A stretch of DNA of 64,000 bases, from the NCBI GenBank assembly GCA_044221365.1, contig JBGAPH010000012.1, forward strand, positions 1,476 to 65,475, read 5' to 3'. Below the pieces are notes generated by a model. That model did no database searches and had not been told where the DNA came from. It saw nothing but the letters and a program-made list of their open reading frames with translations. Position numbers and translations under genes: made by a program. The DNA comes from Pirellulales bacterium (GTDB taxonomy: Bacteria > Planctomycetota > Planctomycetia > Pirellulales > JBGAPH01). Positions 46,923 through 56,455 of the stretch are shown here, one piece after another. How positions within the stretch are numbered: position 1 is the stretch's first letter; each line of letters opens with the position of its first letter.

Positions 46923-47666
46923 TCATGCGCCAGCGGCTTGCGAAGCTTTAAGGGTCCCGACCGCCAGCGGCCCAACGTCGTCGAGCTTGAACTTCTCGGC
47001 CAGCGGCGTCGGTACGCGGAAGCCCACTAGCGTGATCCAGCCCCCCGCTTCGTGCAAGTAGAGATCGAAGGTCCCCTCCAGCGGCACGAATCGAGCGCGA
47101 CCGCCGCCAGCGGGCGTGGCGTCGAAAAGCTGCTTGCCGGTCGCGCGGATTCGCCGGCACGCCAGCGTGCCACCGTCGGGCGTGGGACAATCGACCGACT
47201 CCCAGCCCCCTCCGCCGGGCAAGCCCGCGCGCAGTTGGCGGGCCAGGTCGTCGGCCAGCTTGCTCGCGTCGGCGGCCGACCCCTGCACCGCGGCCAAGTA
47301 GCAATAGTAGGGGTAGCTCTTCTCGTCGGCCCCGTCGGCGAAGGCCTCGTAGGTGAGCTTGAGACCCGGCAGCGTGACGAACGGGGGCTGCAACCGCTGC
47401 GGGGCGATCTTGGCGCCGTCGGCCGGATGCGGCGAATCCGCGTTGAACGATGACTCGAAGACTTTGGGCGCGCGAATCTCGACCGCCGAGTCGCCGATGG
47501 CCGCGAAGCCGTGGAGGTTGTCGTTTAGCTTCGTCTGCCGATCCTGGTTGCGCTGCATCTGCTGGGAAGTGGCCTGCATTTTCTCCACGTACCCCGCTTC
47601 ATTGCATCCCGAGGAAGCGGCAAGGAGAACGGCCAGCGGCAGAGAACGGAGGGCTAGTGGGCGCAT
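46923..47666 (-). CDS. Hypothetical lipoprotein
   Basis: ATG at 47664-47666 gives MRPLALRSLPLAVLLAASSGC. Confidence 0.5.
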   Translation of the reverse strand: MRPLALRSLPLAVLLAASSGCNEAGYVEKMQATSQQMQRNQDRQTKLNDNLHGFAAIGDSAVEIRAPKVFESSFNADSPHPADGAKIAPQRLQPPFVTLPGLKLTYEAFADGADEKSYPYYCYLAAVQGSAADASKLADDLARQLRAGLPGGGGWESVDCPTPDGGTLACRRIRATGKQLFDATPAGGGRARFVPLEGTFDLYLHEAGGWITLVGFRVPTPLAEKFKLDDVGPLAVGTLKASQAAGA

Positions 47667-47890
47667 GGGTGGCGAGCAGCGAGGGGAAAGGTCGGCGAAA
47701 AGGATTCCTTCCAGATTAGACGAACGGCCGCCGCTTCTCAAAGGCAGCGAGGCGAATTCACCGCACCCCCGCCTACCGGAAAACCTGGGGGGCTGTCGGC
47801 AGTCCCCACGATCTGGCGGCTGCCTGGCCCTGAATCGGCAGATTATACTCTGACCGTAAGGCGCGCAAGGTTTTCCGAGAGGATGGCACC

Positions 47891-50233
47891 ATGAAGCCGG
47901 CGGTGGTCGGATTGGCAATGATGTGCGCGCTGGTTTCTACCGTGGCCGGGGCCGACGAAGCACCAAACGCCGTGGGTCCGCTGGCCGGCTACGAGCCCCT
48001 CGTGGCGGCGCTCCGCCAAGCGGTCTCCGGCGAAGTCGCCGCCAAGGATCTGCCAGCGTTCTCCATCGCACTCATTGACGGCGACCGGGTCGTCTGGGCG
48101 GCCGGCTTCGGCTTTCAGGACGCCGCCCGCACCAAGCCGGCCGGGGCAGGCACGATCTACCGCGTGGGCTCGGTCTCGAAGCTGTTCACCGACGTCGGCG
48201 TGATGCAGCTTGTGGAACAAGGCAAGCTCGACCTCGATGCCCCCGTGTCGAAGTACCTGCCTGACTTCAAGCCGCAAAACCCGACAGACACGCCGATCAC
48301 GCTGCGGCAGCTCATGACGCACCGTTCGGGGCTCTTACGCGAGTCGCCGGTGGGCAACTACTTCGACGACAAGAGCCCGAGCCTGGCCGACACCGTGGCG
48401 AGCCTGAACCAGACGGCGCTCGTCTACCCGCCGAACACCAAAACGAAGTACTCGAACGCCGCCGTGGCGGTGGCCGGCTACGTGCTCGAACGCACCCAAG
48501 ACACGCCCTTCAACGCCTGGCTGCGCAAGGCCGTGCTCGAGCCGCTGGAGATGAGCGCGAGCGACTTCGAGCTCACGCCGGCGGTCGAGGCCAAGCTGGC
48601 TCATGCCCTGATGTGGACCTACGACGATCGCCGCTTCGCCGCCCCCAAGTTCGCCCTGGGCACCGCGCCGGCCGGCAACATGTACTCGAGCGTGCTCGAG
48701 CTGGCTAAGTTCGTGGTTGCGGTAAACCAAGGCGGCCGCTACGGCGACAAGACGCTGCTCGCGCCGGAAACCCTGCAGGCGATGATTGACCCTCAGCAGA
48801 TCGAGGGAGGCTTTGGCATCGGCTTCCATGTAGCCGATCTCGACGGCGCCCGCGTCGTAGGGCACGGCGGCGCGGTGTATGGCTTCTCCACGCAACTCGC
48901 TGCCATGCCGGAGGAGAACATCGGGGTGGTCGCGGTGTCGGCGCTCGACGGCAGCAACGGCGTGGTCGAGCGGCTGACGAATCACGCGCTGCGGTCCCTC
49001 TTGGCTCATAAGGAGGGCCGACCTCTGTCGACGTTGGCCACGAGCGCGCCAGTCGACGCCGAGCGGGCAAAGCGGGTCGCGGGGCGCTACCGCTCGGAAG
49101 ACAAGCCGCTCGAGGTCACCCATCGCGACGGCCGGCTCTTTGCGCAGCTTGGTTCATTTCGTCGTGAGCTGCGCGGCGCCGCCGAAGGCTTCGTGGTCGA
49201 CGACGTCCTCGGCTACGGCCCGGAGGTCAAGCTCGAAAACGGGGGCTTGGTGATCGACGGCCGCCGCTACGAACGCGGGACCGACGAGCTGCCGGCCGAG
49301 GCGCCGGAGCGCTGGCGCGGCCTGATCGGCGAGTACGGCTGGGACCACAACGTGCTCTACATTCTCGAGGACCACGGCCGGCTGGTGGCCCTGATCGAGT
49401 GGTTCTACACGTACCCGCTCGACGAGCGCGGCGAAAACGAGTTCGATTTCCCCGACTACGGCCTGTATCACGGGGAAGGGCTGAAATTCGAACGCGACGC
49501 GAGCGGCCAGGCTACTGCTGTGGTGGCGGCCGGCGTACGGTTCGAAAGACGAAAGCTCGGCGACTTCGTGGAAGGCGCTTTCCGCGTGCAGCCGGTCAAA
49601 CCGCTCGACGAACTGAGGGCAGCGGCGCAGGCGGCCCAGCCGCCCGCCGAGCCAGGCCCGTTTCGCAAGAGCGACCTGGTCGATCTGGCCACGATCGATC
49701 CGACGATCCGCTTCGACATTCGCTATGCCGGGACGAATAACTTCATGGGCACGCCCTTCTATCAGCATCCGAAGGCCTACCTGCAGCGGCCGGCGGCTGA
49801 AGCGCTCGAGCGCGTGCAGCAGAAGCTGGCCGGCCAAGGGGTGGGCCTCCTGGTTCATGACGCCTATCGCCCCTGGCACGTGACGAAGATGTTTTGGGAC
49901 GCCACGCCCGAGCAGTTCCACGACTTCGTGGCCGACCCGCGGCTAGGCTCCCGGCACAACCGGGGCTGCGCGGTGGACCTGACGCTCTGCGACCTGGCGA
50001 GCGGCGCGCCCTTGGAGCTGGTGTCGGTGTACGACGAGTTCTCCCCGCGGGCATTCCCCGCCTACCCCGGCGGCACGTCGCGCGAGCGCTGGCGCCGCGC
50101 CCAGTTGCGCTCGGCCATGGAGTCGGAAGGCTTTTCGGTCTACCCACTCGAATGGTGGCACTTCGACTACCGGGATTGGAAGCAGTACCCGTTGTCCAAC
50201 GCGACGTTCGAGGCGCTCGAGGTCGCGCGATAG
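47891..50233 (+). CDS. Fusion protein: beta-lactamase-fold serine hydrolase / DD-peptidase-like domain + VanX/DdpX-type zinc D-Ala-D-Ala dipeptidase (M15D)
   Basis: N-terminal SVSK (S-x-x-K), YSN and HGG motifs. C-terminal SRHNRGCAVDL and EWWHFDY match the VanX zinc-ligand motifs. Confidence 0.8.
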   Translation: MKPAVVGLAMMCALVSTVAGADEAPNAVGPLAGYEPLVAALRQAVSGEVAAKDLPAFSIALIDGDRVVWAAGFGFQDAARTKPAGAGTIYRVGSVSKLFTDVGVMQLVEQGKLDLDAPVSKYLPDFKPQNPTDTPITLRQLMTHRSGLLRESPVGNYFDDKSPSLADTVASLNQTALVYPPNTKTKYSNAAVAVAGYVLERTQDTPFNAWLRKAVLEPLEMSASDFELTPAVEAKLAHALMWTYDDRRFAAPKFALGTAPAGNMYSSVLELAKFVVAVNQGGRYGDKTLLAPETLQAMIDPQQIEGGFGIGFHVADLDGARVVGHGGAVYGFSTQLAAMPEENIGVVAVSALDGSNGVVERLTNHALRSLLAHKEGRPLSTLATSAPVDAERAKRVAGRYRSEDKPLEVTHRDGRLFAQLGSFRRELRGAAEGFVVDDVLGYGPEVKLENGGLVIDGRRYERGTDELPAEAPERWRGLIGEYGWDHNVLYILEDHGRLVALIEWFYTYPLDERGENEFDFPDYGLYHGEGLKFERDASGQATAVVAAGVRFERRKLGDFVEGAFRVQPVKPLDELRAAAQAAQPPAEPGPFRKSDLVDLATIDPTIRFDIRYAGTNNFMGTPFYQHPKAYLQRPAAEALERVQQKLAGQGVGLLVHDAYRPWHVTKMFWDATPEQFHDFVADPRLGSRHNRGCAVDLTLCDLASGAPLELVSVYDEFSPRAFPAYPGGTSRERWRRAQLRSAMESEGFSVYPLEWWHFDYRDWKQYPLSNATFEALEVAR

Positions 50234-50280
50234 GCGAACTTGCCTCCTGCCAGGCAGCCGAGGGCGCCGCAACGCGCGGC

Positions 50281-51603
50281 TCACTGATGCGTGCTTGCGG
50301 TCGGCGCCCCACTCGCTGTCCAGTAGCCCGGCACTCCGCGTTTCGTTTCGCAGAGGATCTCCAGGGCGGCCTGCCGGCCGTCGGCCGATAAATGCGCAAA
50401 CGGCGGCGACTGATCTCGGCCTGTCAGCACCTCCCACAACCGCTGGTAGACGCGCTCCTTCGCCGCGGTCGGCAAGCCGTCGAACGCGCGGGTGTAGACC
50501 AGGTAGCTGAGCGGATAACGGAACAAGCGGGTTCGGAGATCGAACTCGCGCAAGCTGCGGCCCCGAGCGTCAAACGGCCCGCGTGCGGCGAATTCGGCGG
50601 CAAATGCGCTCGATCCTTCGAGACCGCACTCCAGTCGCGCCTCTTCGCAGAAGACGAGGTACTTAACGAGCGGCTCGCAGGCCACGTCGATCCTGCGCGT
50701 GATGCTGTCCATCGCCTCGGCCTCCGGCCGTCCCAGCGCCTTGTTGAGTTCGGTCTGCTCATGCAGCGCGAGCCGAGTCAGCAAATTCGCTTTTGTCAGC
50801 CGATTATGTCCCTCGGTTTGGTGCTCCAGCACCATCAGGGCGACGAGATCGCTGTGGGGCGAAAGGTAGTTCGCCACGGTGAAGTAAGGCGCGAGATCGA
50901 CCACGTTGGTCCCAACGCCCGGTGCGGGCTCCGCCTGTCGGCCGAAAACCTTGTTGCCCTGGTGCGCTTGCTGGCCGCTCCGCCCGGTGACGTACCATCC
51001 GCCCCAACGATCTGCAAACGGCGTGGTGTGGTCGACCCGCTTCGTTCCCCGCGAGAACAGCGGCTCGCCCGCCGCATCGGGAAACACCGAACGGAGCAAA
51101 TGGCCAGGCAGGCCTTGCGTGGCCGATGCGCCGTGGCACTGTAGGCACGTTTCGGTCTGCCGCGTGATGGCCCCGCCGTGCGCAGGGTCTTGGTCCACCG
51201 TATAAAACGCAGTTCCCACGTGCGGATCGGCCGCCGAGATCTCCAGCACGTCGCCGCGCAGGCAAAAGCCCACGGCCACCTCGTCGTTGAAGTAGATCGC
51301 CCTGGGTGTCTCGGGGCTGATCCGAGAGCGCTGCAAACTGGTGCGCGAGAAGACGAGCACCTGCGAAGACACAGGCACGTCGAGCTGAGTGAGGATCGAC
51401 CGCAGGTAGCCGTGATCGTCGTCGTGTTCGAGGACGATATGACCGGCGCGGAGCCTGCCGATCAAAGGGGTGACGGCGTCGTCGGGCGTGGCCGTTGAGT
51501 ATTCAAGCGGTGGCCGATCGAGATCGACCAACTGTGCCCACGCGGGCGACTGGCCAATGAGCAGACATGCAACCCCGGCGGCGATCAGGTGGATCTTGGG
51601 CAT
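50281..51603 (-). CDS. Secreted hypothetical protein with a single CxxCH heme-binding motif
   Basis: Signal peptide MPKIHLIAAGVACLLIGQSPAWAQ; CLQCHG. Confidence 0.5.
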   Translation of the reverse strand: MPKIHLIAAGVACLLIGQSPAWAQLVDLDRPPLEYSTATPDDAVTPLIGRLRAGHIVLEHDDDHGYLRSILTQLDVPVSSQVLVFSRTSLQRSRISPETPRAIYFNDEVAVGFCLRGDVLEISAADPHVGTAFYTVDQDPAHGGAITRQTETCLQCHGASATQGLPGHLLRSVFPDAAGEPLFSRGTKRVDHTTPFADRWGGWYVTGRSGQQAHQGNKVFGRQAEPAPGVGTNVVDLAPYFTVANYLSPHSDLVALMVLEHQTEGHNRLTKANLLTRLALHEQTELNKALGRPEAEAMDSITRRIDVACEPLVKYLVFCEEARLECGLEGSSAFAAEFAARGPFDARGRSLREFDLRTRLFRYPLSYLVYTRAFDGLPTAAKERVYQRLWEVLTGRDQSPPFAHLSADGRQAALEILCETKRGVPGYWTASGAPTASTHQ

Positions 51604-51770
51604 ATAACTCTCCCGCCGGGCGCCGACTCTAATTATGGAGTTATAGACCAAGATATCCAGAATACAAGCCTTCTCCTGCATATGGGTCCGAAAAACTCTG
51701 GAGAAATGGCGGTTCCCGCTGACACTTTGTTCAGTCCGCCGCAACTTGGATATATTGCAGTCGCCGTCCT

Positions 51771-52916
51771 TTGCGCTGCGATCCAATTTCGTCTGACCCG
51801 CCGAATCGAGGCCCTCTCTTGGCAACCCGCGCGTCTTCCACGCCTCCCGATAGCCGTCTCCCCGCCGGGGCCGCCAACAGTCCGGCCGCCAAGCGGCGGT
51901 TCGCCAGCGACAATACGGCCGGCATCTGTCCCGAGGCCTGGAAGGCCATGGAGCGGGCCAACCAGGGGGCCGCGGCCGCCTATGGCGACGATCCGTGGAC
52001 GCTCGAGGCCAGCAACCGGCTACGCGAGCTGTTCGAGATCGACTGCGACGTCTTCTTCACTTTCGGCGGCACCGCGGCCAACTCGCTGGGGTTGGCGTCG
52101 CTTTGCCAGTCGTATCACAGCGTCATTGCCCACGAGTTTGCCCACGTCGAGACCGACGAGTGCGGTGGGCCCGAGTTCTACTCCAATGGCACCAAGCTCC
52201 TGTTGGCCAGCGGCCCCAACGGCAAGGTCGACCCCGCGGCGGTCGAGGCGATCGTCCGCCGCCGCACCGATATTCACTTCCCCAAGCCGAGGGCGCTGAG
52301 CATCACCCAGGCCACCGAGATGGGCACGGTCTATACCCTGGCCGAGCTCGACGCGGTGCGCGAGGTAGCCCACCGCACGGGGCTGCACCTGCACATGGAC
52401 GGCGCCCGCTTTGCCAACGCGGTGGCCACGCTCTCGGCCTCGCCCAAGGAGATCACCTGGAAGATGGGGGTCGACGTGCTCTGCTTCGGCGGCACGAAGA
52501 ATGGTATGGCCGTGGGCGATTGCGTGATCTTCTTCAACCACGAGCTGGCCCACGAGTTCGGCTACCGCTGCAAGCAAGCGGGGCAACTCGCCTCGAAGAT
52601 GCGGTTCCTGGCGGCGCCCTGGACGGGCCTGCTCGAGAACGGCGCCTGGCTCGAAAACGCCCGCCGCGCGAACCGCGCGGCACAGCGACTGGCTGCCGGT
52701 CTACGGCAAATCGCCGGCGTCGAGATTCTGTTCCCGGTGGAGGCCAACAGCGTGTTCGTCCGCTTTCCGGCGCCGGTGGCCGAAGGGCTGCGCTCGGCAG
52801 GCTGGGTGTTTTACAATTTCATCGGCGCGGGGGGCCAACGCCTGATGTGCAACTGGTCGACCACCGATGAAGAGGTCGACGAGCTGTTGGCCGACGTGGG
52901 TCGCCTCGCGCCCTGA
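51771..52916 (+). CDS. ltaE: Low-specificity L-threonine aldolase (beta-eliminating lyase family)
   Basis: FASDNTAG N-terminal motif and PLP-lysine region GGTKNG. The start is unclear; the track start is a TTG. Confidence 0.8.
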   Translation: MRCDPISSDPPNRGPLLATRASSTPPDSRLPAGAANSPAAKRRFASDNTAGICPEAWKAMERANQGAAAAYGDDPWTLEASNRLRELFEIDCDVFFTFGGTAANSLGLASLCQSYHSVIAHEFAHVETDECGGPEFYSNGTKLLLASGPNGKVDPAAVEAIVRRRTDIHFPKPRALSITQATEMGTVYTLAELDAVREVAHRTGLHLHMDGARFANAVATLSASPKEITWKMGVDVLCFGGTKNGMAVGDCVIFFNHELAHEFGYRCKQAGQLASKMRFLAAPWTGLLENGAWLENARRANRAAQRLAAGLRQIAGVEILFPVEANSVFVRFPAPVAEGLRSAGWVFYNFIGAGGQRLMCNWSTTDEEVDELLADVGRLAP

Positions 52917-52918
52917 AA

Positions 52919-53075
52919 TTGAACCACCAAGACACAAAGACACAAAGACTCAAGAATTCATTTCTCGCCAAGGCGCAAAGCCCGCAAAGCCGACGCAGTG
53001 ATCCTCCTTTGCGGCCTTTGCGCCTTGGCGAGAAGCATTTTGCATTCTTCGTGTCCTTGTGCCTTCGTGGTTCAA
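52919..53075. repeat. Nested long palindromic element: outer arms TTGAACCACCAAGACACAAAGACACAAAGAC... / ...GTGTCCTTGTGCCTTCGTGGTTCAA, inner 18-bp perfect stem TCTCGCCAAGGCGCAAAG/CTTTGCGCCTTGGCGAGA, innermost CCGCAAAG/CTTTGCGG
   Basis: Read from sequence, between convergent ltaE and fpg. Shares the TTGAACCAC boundary, GAATTC loop and AGACAC-rich arms with 2097-2166. Confidence 0.7.
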
Positions 53076-53102
53076 AAAACACCGTGGTGATCAGGCCTCA
53101 CC

Positions 53103-53984
53103 TTAGAGGTCATCCAAGTGCCGCGGCCAGTCGTCCTTCAGTAACCGCGAAAGCGAGCGGTCGGCCAGGATGCGGCCGCCGGTTTGGCAGCCGGGGCAGT
53201 AGTTCGTTTCGTTGTCGGCATAGCGAATCCGCTGCACCGGCGCGCCGCACACAGGGCAGGGCTCGCGGAACTTGCCATGCACGGCCATCTCTGGGCGAAA
53301 GGCGGTGACGTGCGCCGGAAAGCCCTCGCCCATCTCGCGCCGCGAGCGGTCGATCCACTCCTCGAGCACCTGTTGCACAGCGGCGAACAGCCGCTCGACT
53401 TCTTGGTCGTTTAACTTTTGAGAGAGCGCCAGCGGTGATAGTCGCGCGCGGTGCAGGATCTCGTCGGAGTAGGCGTTGCCGATGCCGGAAAAGAGCCGTG
53501 GATCGGCGAGCGCCCGCTTGAGCGTGTGGTTCTCGAGGCGGAGCCGCGCGGCGAACTCCGGCAGCGCAGCGGCAAGCACCTCGAGGCCGCCGCGATCGTG
53601 CTCTTTCAGGCCGGCGGCCCCCTCGACGAGCCAAACTCCGGCTCGTCGTTTGGCTCCGGCTTCGGTCAGCACCAGCCGGCCGTTGTCGAAGTCGAAGGCG
53701 GCCAGATTCTGTTTGCCGGCCAACTTGGCCCCGGGCGGCTTCCACTGCAGCCGCCCCGCGATCATCAGATGCAGCACGAGCCAGAGGTCCCCTTCGAGCC
53801 CGATCGCAATCCGCTTGCCGAGCCGGCGCAGCTCGCGCACGCTGCGCCCGGCTGCGGCTTCCAGCGGCGGTTCGAACGTCCGCAGCAAGAACGGACTCTG
53901 CACCCGCACGCCGAGCAGCGTTTGGCCCAGAATCCGCCGCTCGAGCGCCTCGAGATAGACTGTGATGTCAGGCAGCTCAGGCAT
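53103..53984 (-). CDS. mutM: Formamidopyrimidine-DNA glycosylase / Nei-family DNA glycosylase-lyase
   Basis: [11 protein letters not shown]-terminus (catalytic Pro2), H2TH region, and C-terminal zinc finger CPVCGAPV...CPGCQ. Confidence 0.9.
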   Translation of the reverse strand: MPELPDITVYLEALERRILGQTLLGVRVQSPFLLRTFEPPLEAAAGRSVRELRRLGKRIAIGLEGDLWLVLHLMIAGRLQWKPPGAKLAGKQNLAAFDFDNGRLVLTEAGAKRRAGVWLVEGAAGLKEHDRGGLEVLAAALPEFAARLRLENHTLKRALADPRLFSGIGNAYSDEILHRARLSPLALSQKLNDQEVERLFAAVQQVLEEWIDRSRREMGEGFPAHVTAFRPEMAVHGKFREPCPVCGAPVQRIRYADNETNYCPGCQTGGRILADRSLSRLLKDDWPRHLDDL

Positions 53985-54131
53985 AATGTAGCCGGCATAC
54001 TGCGCGCGCCGAACGCTGGAGCGGCGCTCGCGCGTCGTGGCAAGTGGCTGCGCGGCGAAAGTCTCGGTTTACTTCGCTTCAGCATTCCGCACACGGAGTG
54101 TGCGGGCTACGATTCGCAGGCAAACCCGCCC

Positions 54132-55547
54132 CTAAGCCAGCACGCCGCGAATCACCTCGCCGGCCACGTCCGTCAGGCGGTAGCGGCGGCCGTTGTGGAA
54201 GTAGGTCAGCTTCTTGTGGTCCACGCCCAGGAGGTGTAGCAGCGTGGCGTGTAGGTCATGAACGCTCGTGCGGTCGACCGCGGCCTTATAGCCCACTTCG
54301 TCGGTTTCGCCGTGCGTCGCGCCTCCCTTGATGCCGGCGCCGGCCAGCCAGTAGCAGAAGCCGTGCGGGTTGTGGTCGCGGCCGTCGCCGTCTTGGCTCA
54401 CCGGCATACGGCCGAACTCGCCTCCCCAGATCACGAGCGTCGAATCGAGCAGTCCGCGGGCCCGAAGATCGGTGAGCAGGCCGTCGATCGGGCGGTCGGT
54501 CGCCAGGCAGTGCCCCTTGTGGTTCTCGGTCAGCTTGCCGTGGGCGTCCCACTCGCCGTCGGAATAAACCTGCACGAATCGCACACCGCGCTCCACCAGC
54601 CGCCGGGCCAGCAGACACTTGCGGCCGAAGGAGCTCGTGGCCTTGTCGTAGAGGCCGTACATCCGCTTCGTGCCGGTCGACTCCGCGGAGAAATCGACGA
54701 GGTCCGTGGCTTCCATCTGCATCCGGTAGGCCAACTCGAACGACTGAATGCGGGCCGTCAGATCGGCCTCGCCCGGGTGGGCGCGGAGGTGCTCGTCGTT
54801 GAGCTTGGCCAGCAGGTCGAGCTGTGCCCGCTGATCGGCGTCCGACACGTCGGCCGGGCGCTCGAGGTTGAGAATCGGCTTGCCGGAAGGACGGAACAGC
54901 GTGCCTTGGTGTTGCGAGGGGAGGAAGCCGGCGCTCCAGTTGAGCGGGCCCCCCTTCACCCCCTGGTTGTTCCCCAGCACGACGAACCCCGGCAGGTTCT
55001 GGTTCTCGCTCCCGAGGCCATAGGTGACCCAGGAGCCGGCCGAGGGGAAGCCGGGACGGGGGATGCCAGTGTTCACCTGGTAGAGGGCCGGCACGTGGTT
55101 GCTCGACTCGGTGTAGAGCGACTTCACGAAGGCCAGCTCGTCGACGTGCTTGGCAAGGTTGGGGTATTGGTCGCAAACCCAAGCGCCGCACTCGCCGTGG
55201 CGCGCGAACTTGAAGGGGCTCTTCATGAGCGGGCCGGGGTTGCCGAAGAAGACGTCGATGTCCATCTTCTGGCCGGCCCGCTTGTCGAGTTCCGGCTTTG
55301 GGTCGAAGAGATCGACGCCGCTGGGGCCCCCCTCCATGAAGAGCCAGATCACCGAGCGGGCCTTGGCCTGGTGGTGAAGTCCACCGGGCGCAGCAGACTT
55401 GCCTGACGAATTGGGCTCGGCGCCCGCCTCGCGCGCGAAGAGATCGCCGAGGGCCAACATGCCGCAGCCAAGCCCAGCGCGCTGGAGGAACTGCCGGCGA
55501 TTGCCGACGGCTTGGCGAGCGCCGCAATGGGTGGAGGGGGGTGGCAT
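54132..55547 (-). CDS. DUF1501 domain protein (Tat signal RRQFLQRAGLG), C-terminus ...IRGVLA
   Basis: Same conserved blocks as 9318..10736; ATG at 55545-55547. Confidence 0.8.
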   Translation of the reverse strand: MPPPSTHCGARQAVGNRRQFLQRAGLGCGMLALGDLFAREAGAEPNSSGKSAAPGGLHHQAKARSVIWLFMEGGPSGVDLFDPKPELDKRAGQKMDIDVFFGNPGPLMKSPFKFARHGECGAWVCDQYPNLAKHVDELAFVKSLYTESSNHVPALYQVNTGIPRPGFPSAGSWVTYGLGSENQNLPGFVVLGNNQGVKGGPLNWSAGFLPSQHQGTLFRPSGKPILNLERPADVSDADQRAQLDLLAKLNDEHLRAHPGEADLTARIQSFELAYRMQMEATDLVDFSAESTGTKRMYGLYDKATSSFGRKCLLARRLVERGVRFVQVYSDGEWDAHGKLTENHKGHCLATDRPIDGLLTDLRARGLLDSTLVIWGGEFGRMPVSQDGDGRDHNPHGFCYWLAGAGIKGGATHGETDEVGYKAAVDRTSVHDLHATLLHLLGVDHKKLTYFHNGRRYRLTDVAGEVIRGVLA

Positions 55548-55649
55548 AGAGGCTGAATGCTGTGGACGAAGTAGGCGACGGAAAGACTGCTGCCTTTCTC
55601 TCAACCTACTCGGTCGGCAACCGCCTTGCCACCCGGCCGGACAACGCCG

Positions 55650-55856
55650 CTAGTTCGGGCCGCGCCACAGGGCGGCGTCGATCACCGACCAGAGATGAAT
55701 GATCCACCCCATCCAACAGAAGAACCACAACACTGAGGCCAGGACGAATTGTACGAGCGCCATCAGAAATCGCCCCTGCACCAATTGGCCTAACCCGGGG
55801 ACGAATACACTGCAAACAGCGGCGATCACGTTGGCGGTCGAACCTTGGCCGGCCAT
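55650..55856 (-). CDS. TM2-domain small membrane protein
   Basis: FVPGLGQLVQGRF...WMGWIIHLWSVIDAAL matches the TM2 domain pattern. Confidence 0.55.
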   Translation of the reverse strand: MAGQGSTANVIAAVCSVFVPGLGQLVQGRFLMALVQFVLASVLWFFCWMGWIIHLWSVIDAALWRGPN

Positions 55857-56455
55857 CTTCGGTGCGTACCCTCCTGGGATTGGGGTCGAGGTGTCTTGCG
55901 AATCGTCTCTCTCTGTTATTCGCAGGCGACGACGCGTGCTTGCCCACCAAGATTCTATGCGGGCGGTTCCCCCCGTACATGGGGCCCGCTGGGTTTGCCG
56001 CGGAGGAGTCAGCTTCGCGTGATCCCTTGTTCTGCGTATTCACGCCAACCCTTTGACGGTTTCGTAGCGATTCGGTAGGTTGAAGGTGTCGCGGTTAGTT
56101 TGTCGGTTGTTCCGGTTGTGTCGAGCCTGCCACGGGCTCGGCCGCGCAAGGTCTCTTCAAGCGCACGGAACCGTTGCCTGCCTTTGCCGACAAGCCAATC
56201 GCCCTGAAGGATCGGCGGCCGTTCCTCACGGCCGGTTCCCGTCACCCTGCAAGCTGGGACGCTTGGGCATTGCCATCACTCACTAGCGCTGCGGCAGCTT
56301 CGTTTGTTGCTGCGCGCTAGGGTCGGGGCGGCCGGTGCGGTGGGAACTGGGCGCGAAGCGAAGGGCCGCGGCTTGGCTGTTAGCGTGCTTTGCAGCAGGA
56401 CGCCCGCGGAGCGCTCACCCTTGATCTGCGCCTTGTCGAACGCGAGCGTGCTGCC

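Noticed and set aside
51771-51900. 42-aa N-terminal extension of LtaE as a targeting peptide
   Set aside because: The track start is a TTG and there is no in-frame ATG before FASDNTAG. This more likely reflects start-codon uncertainty than a genuine extension.
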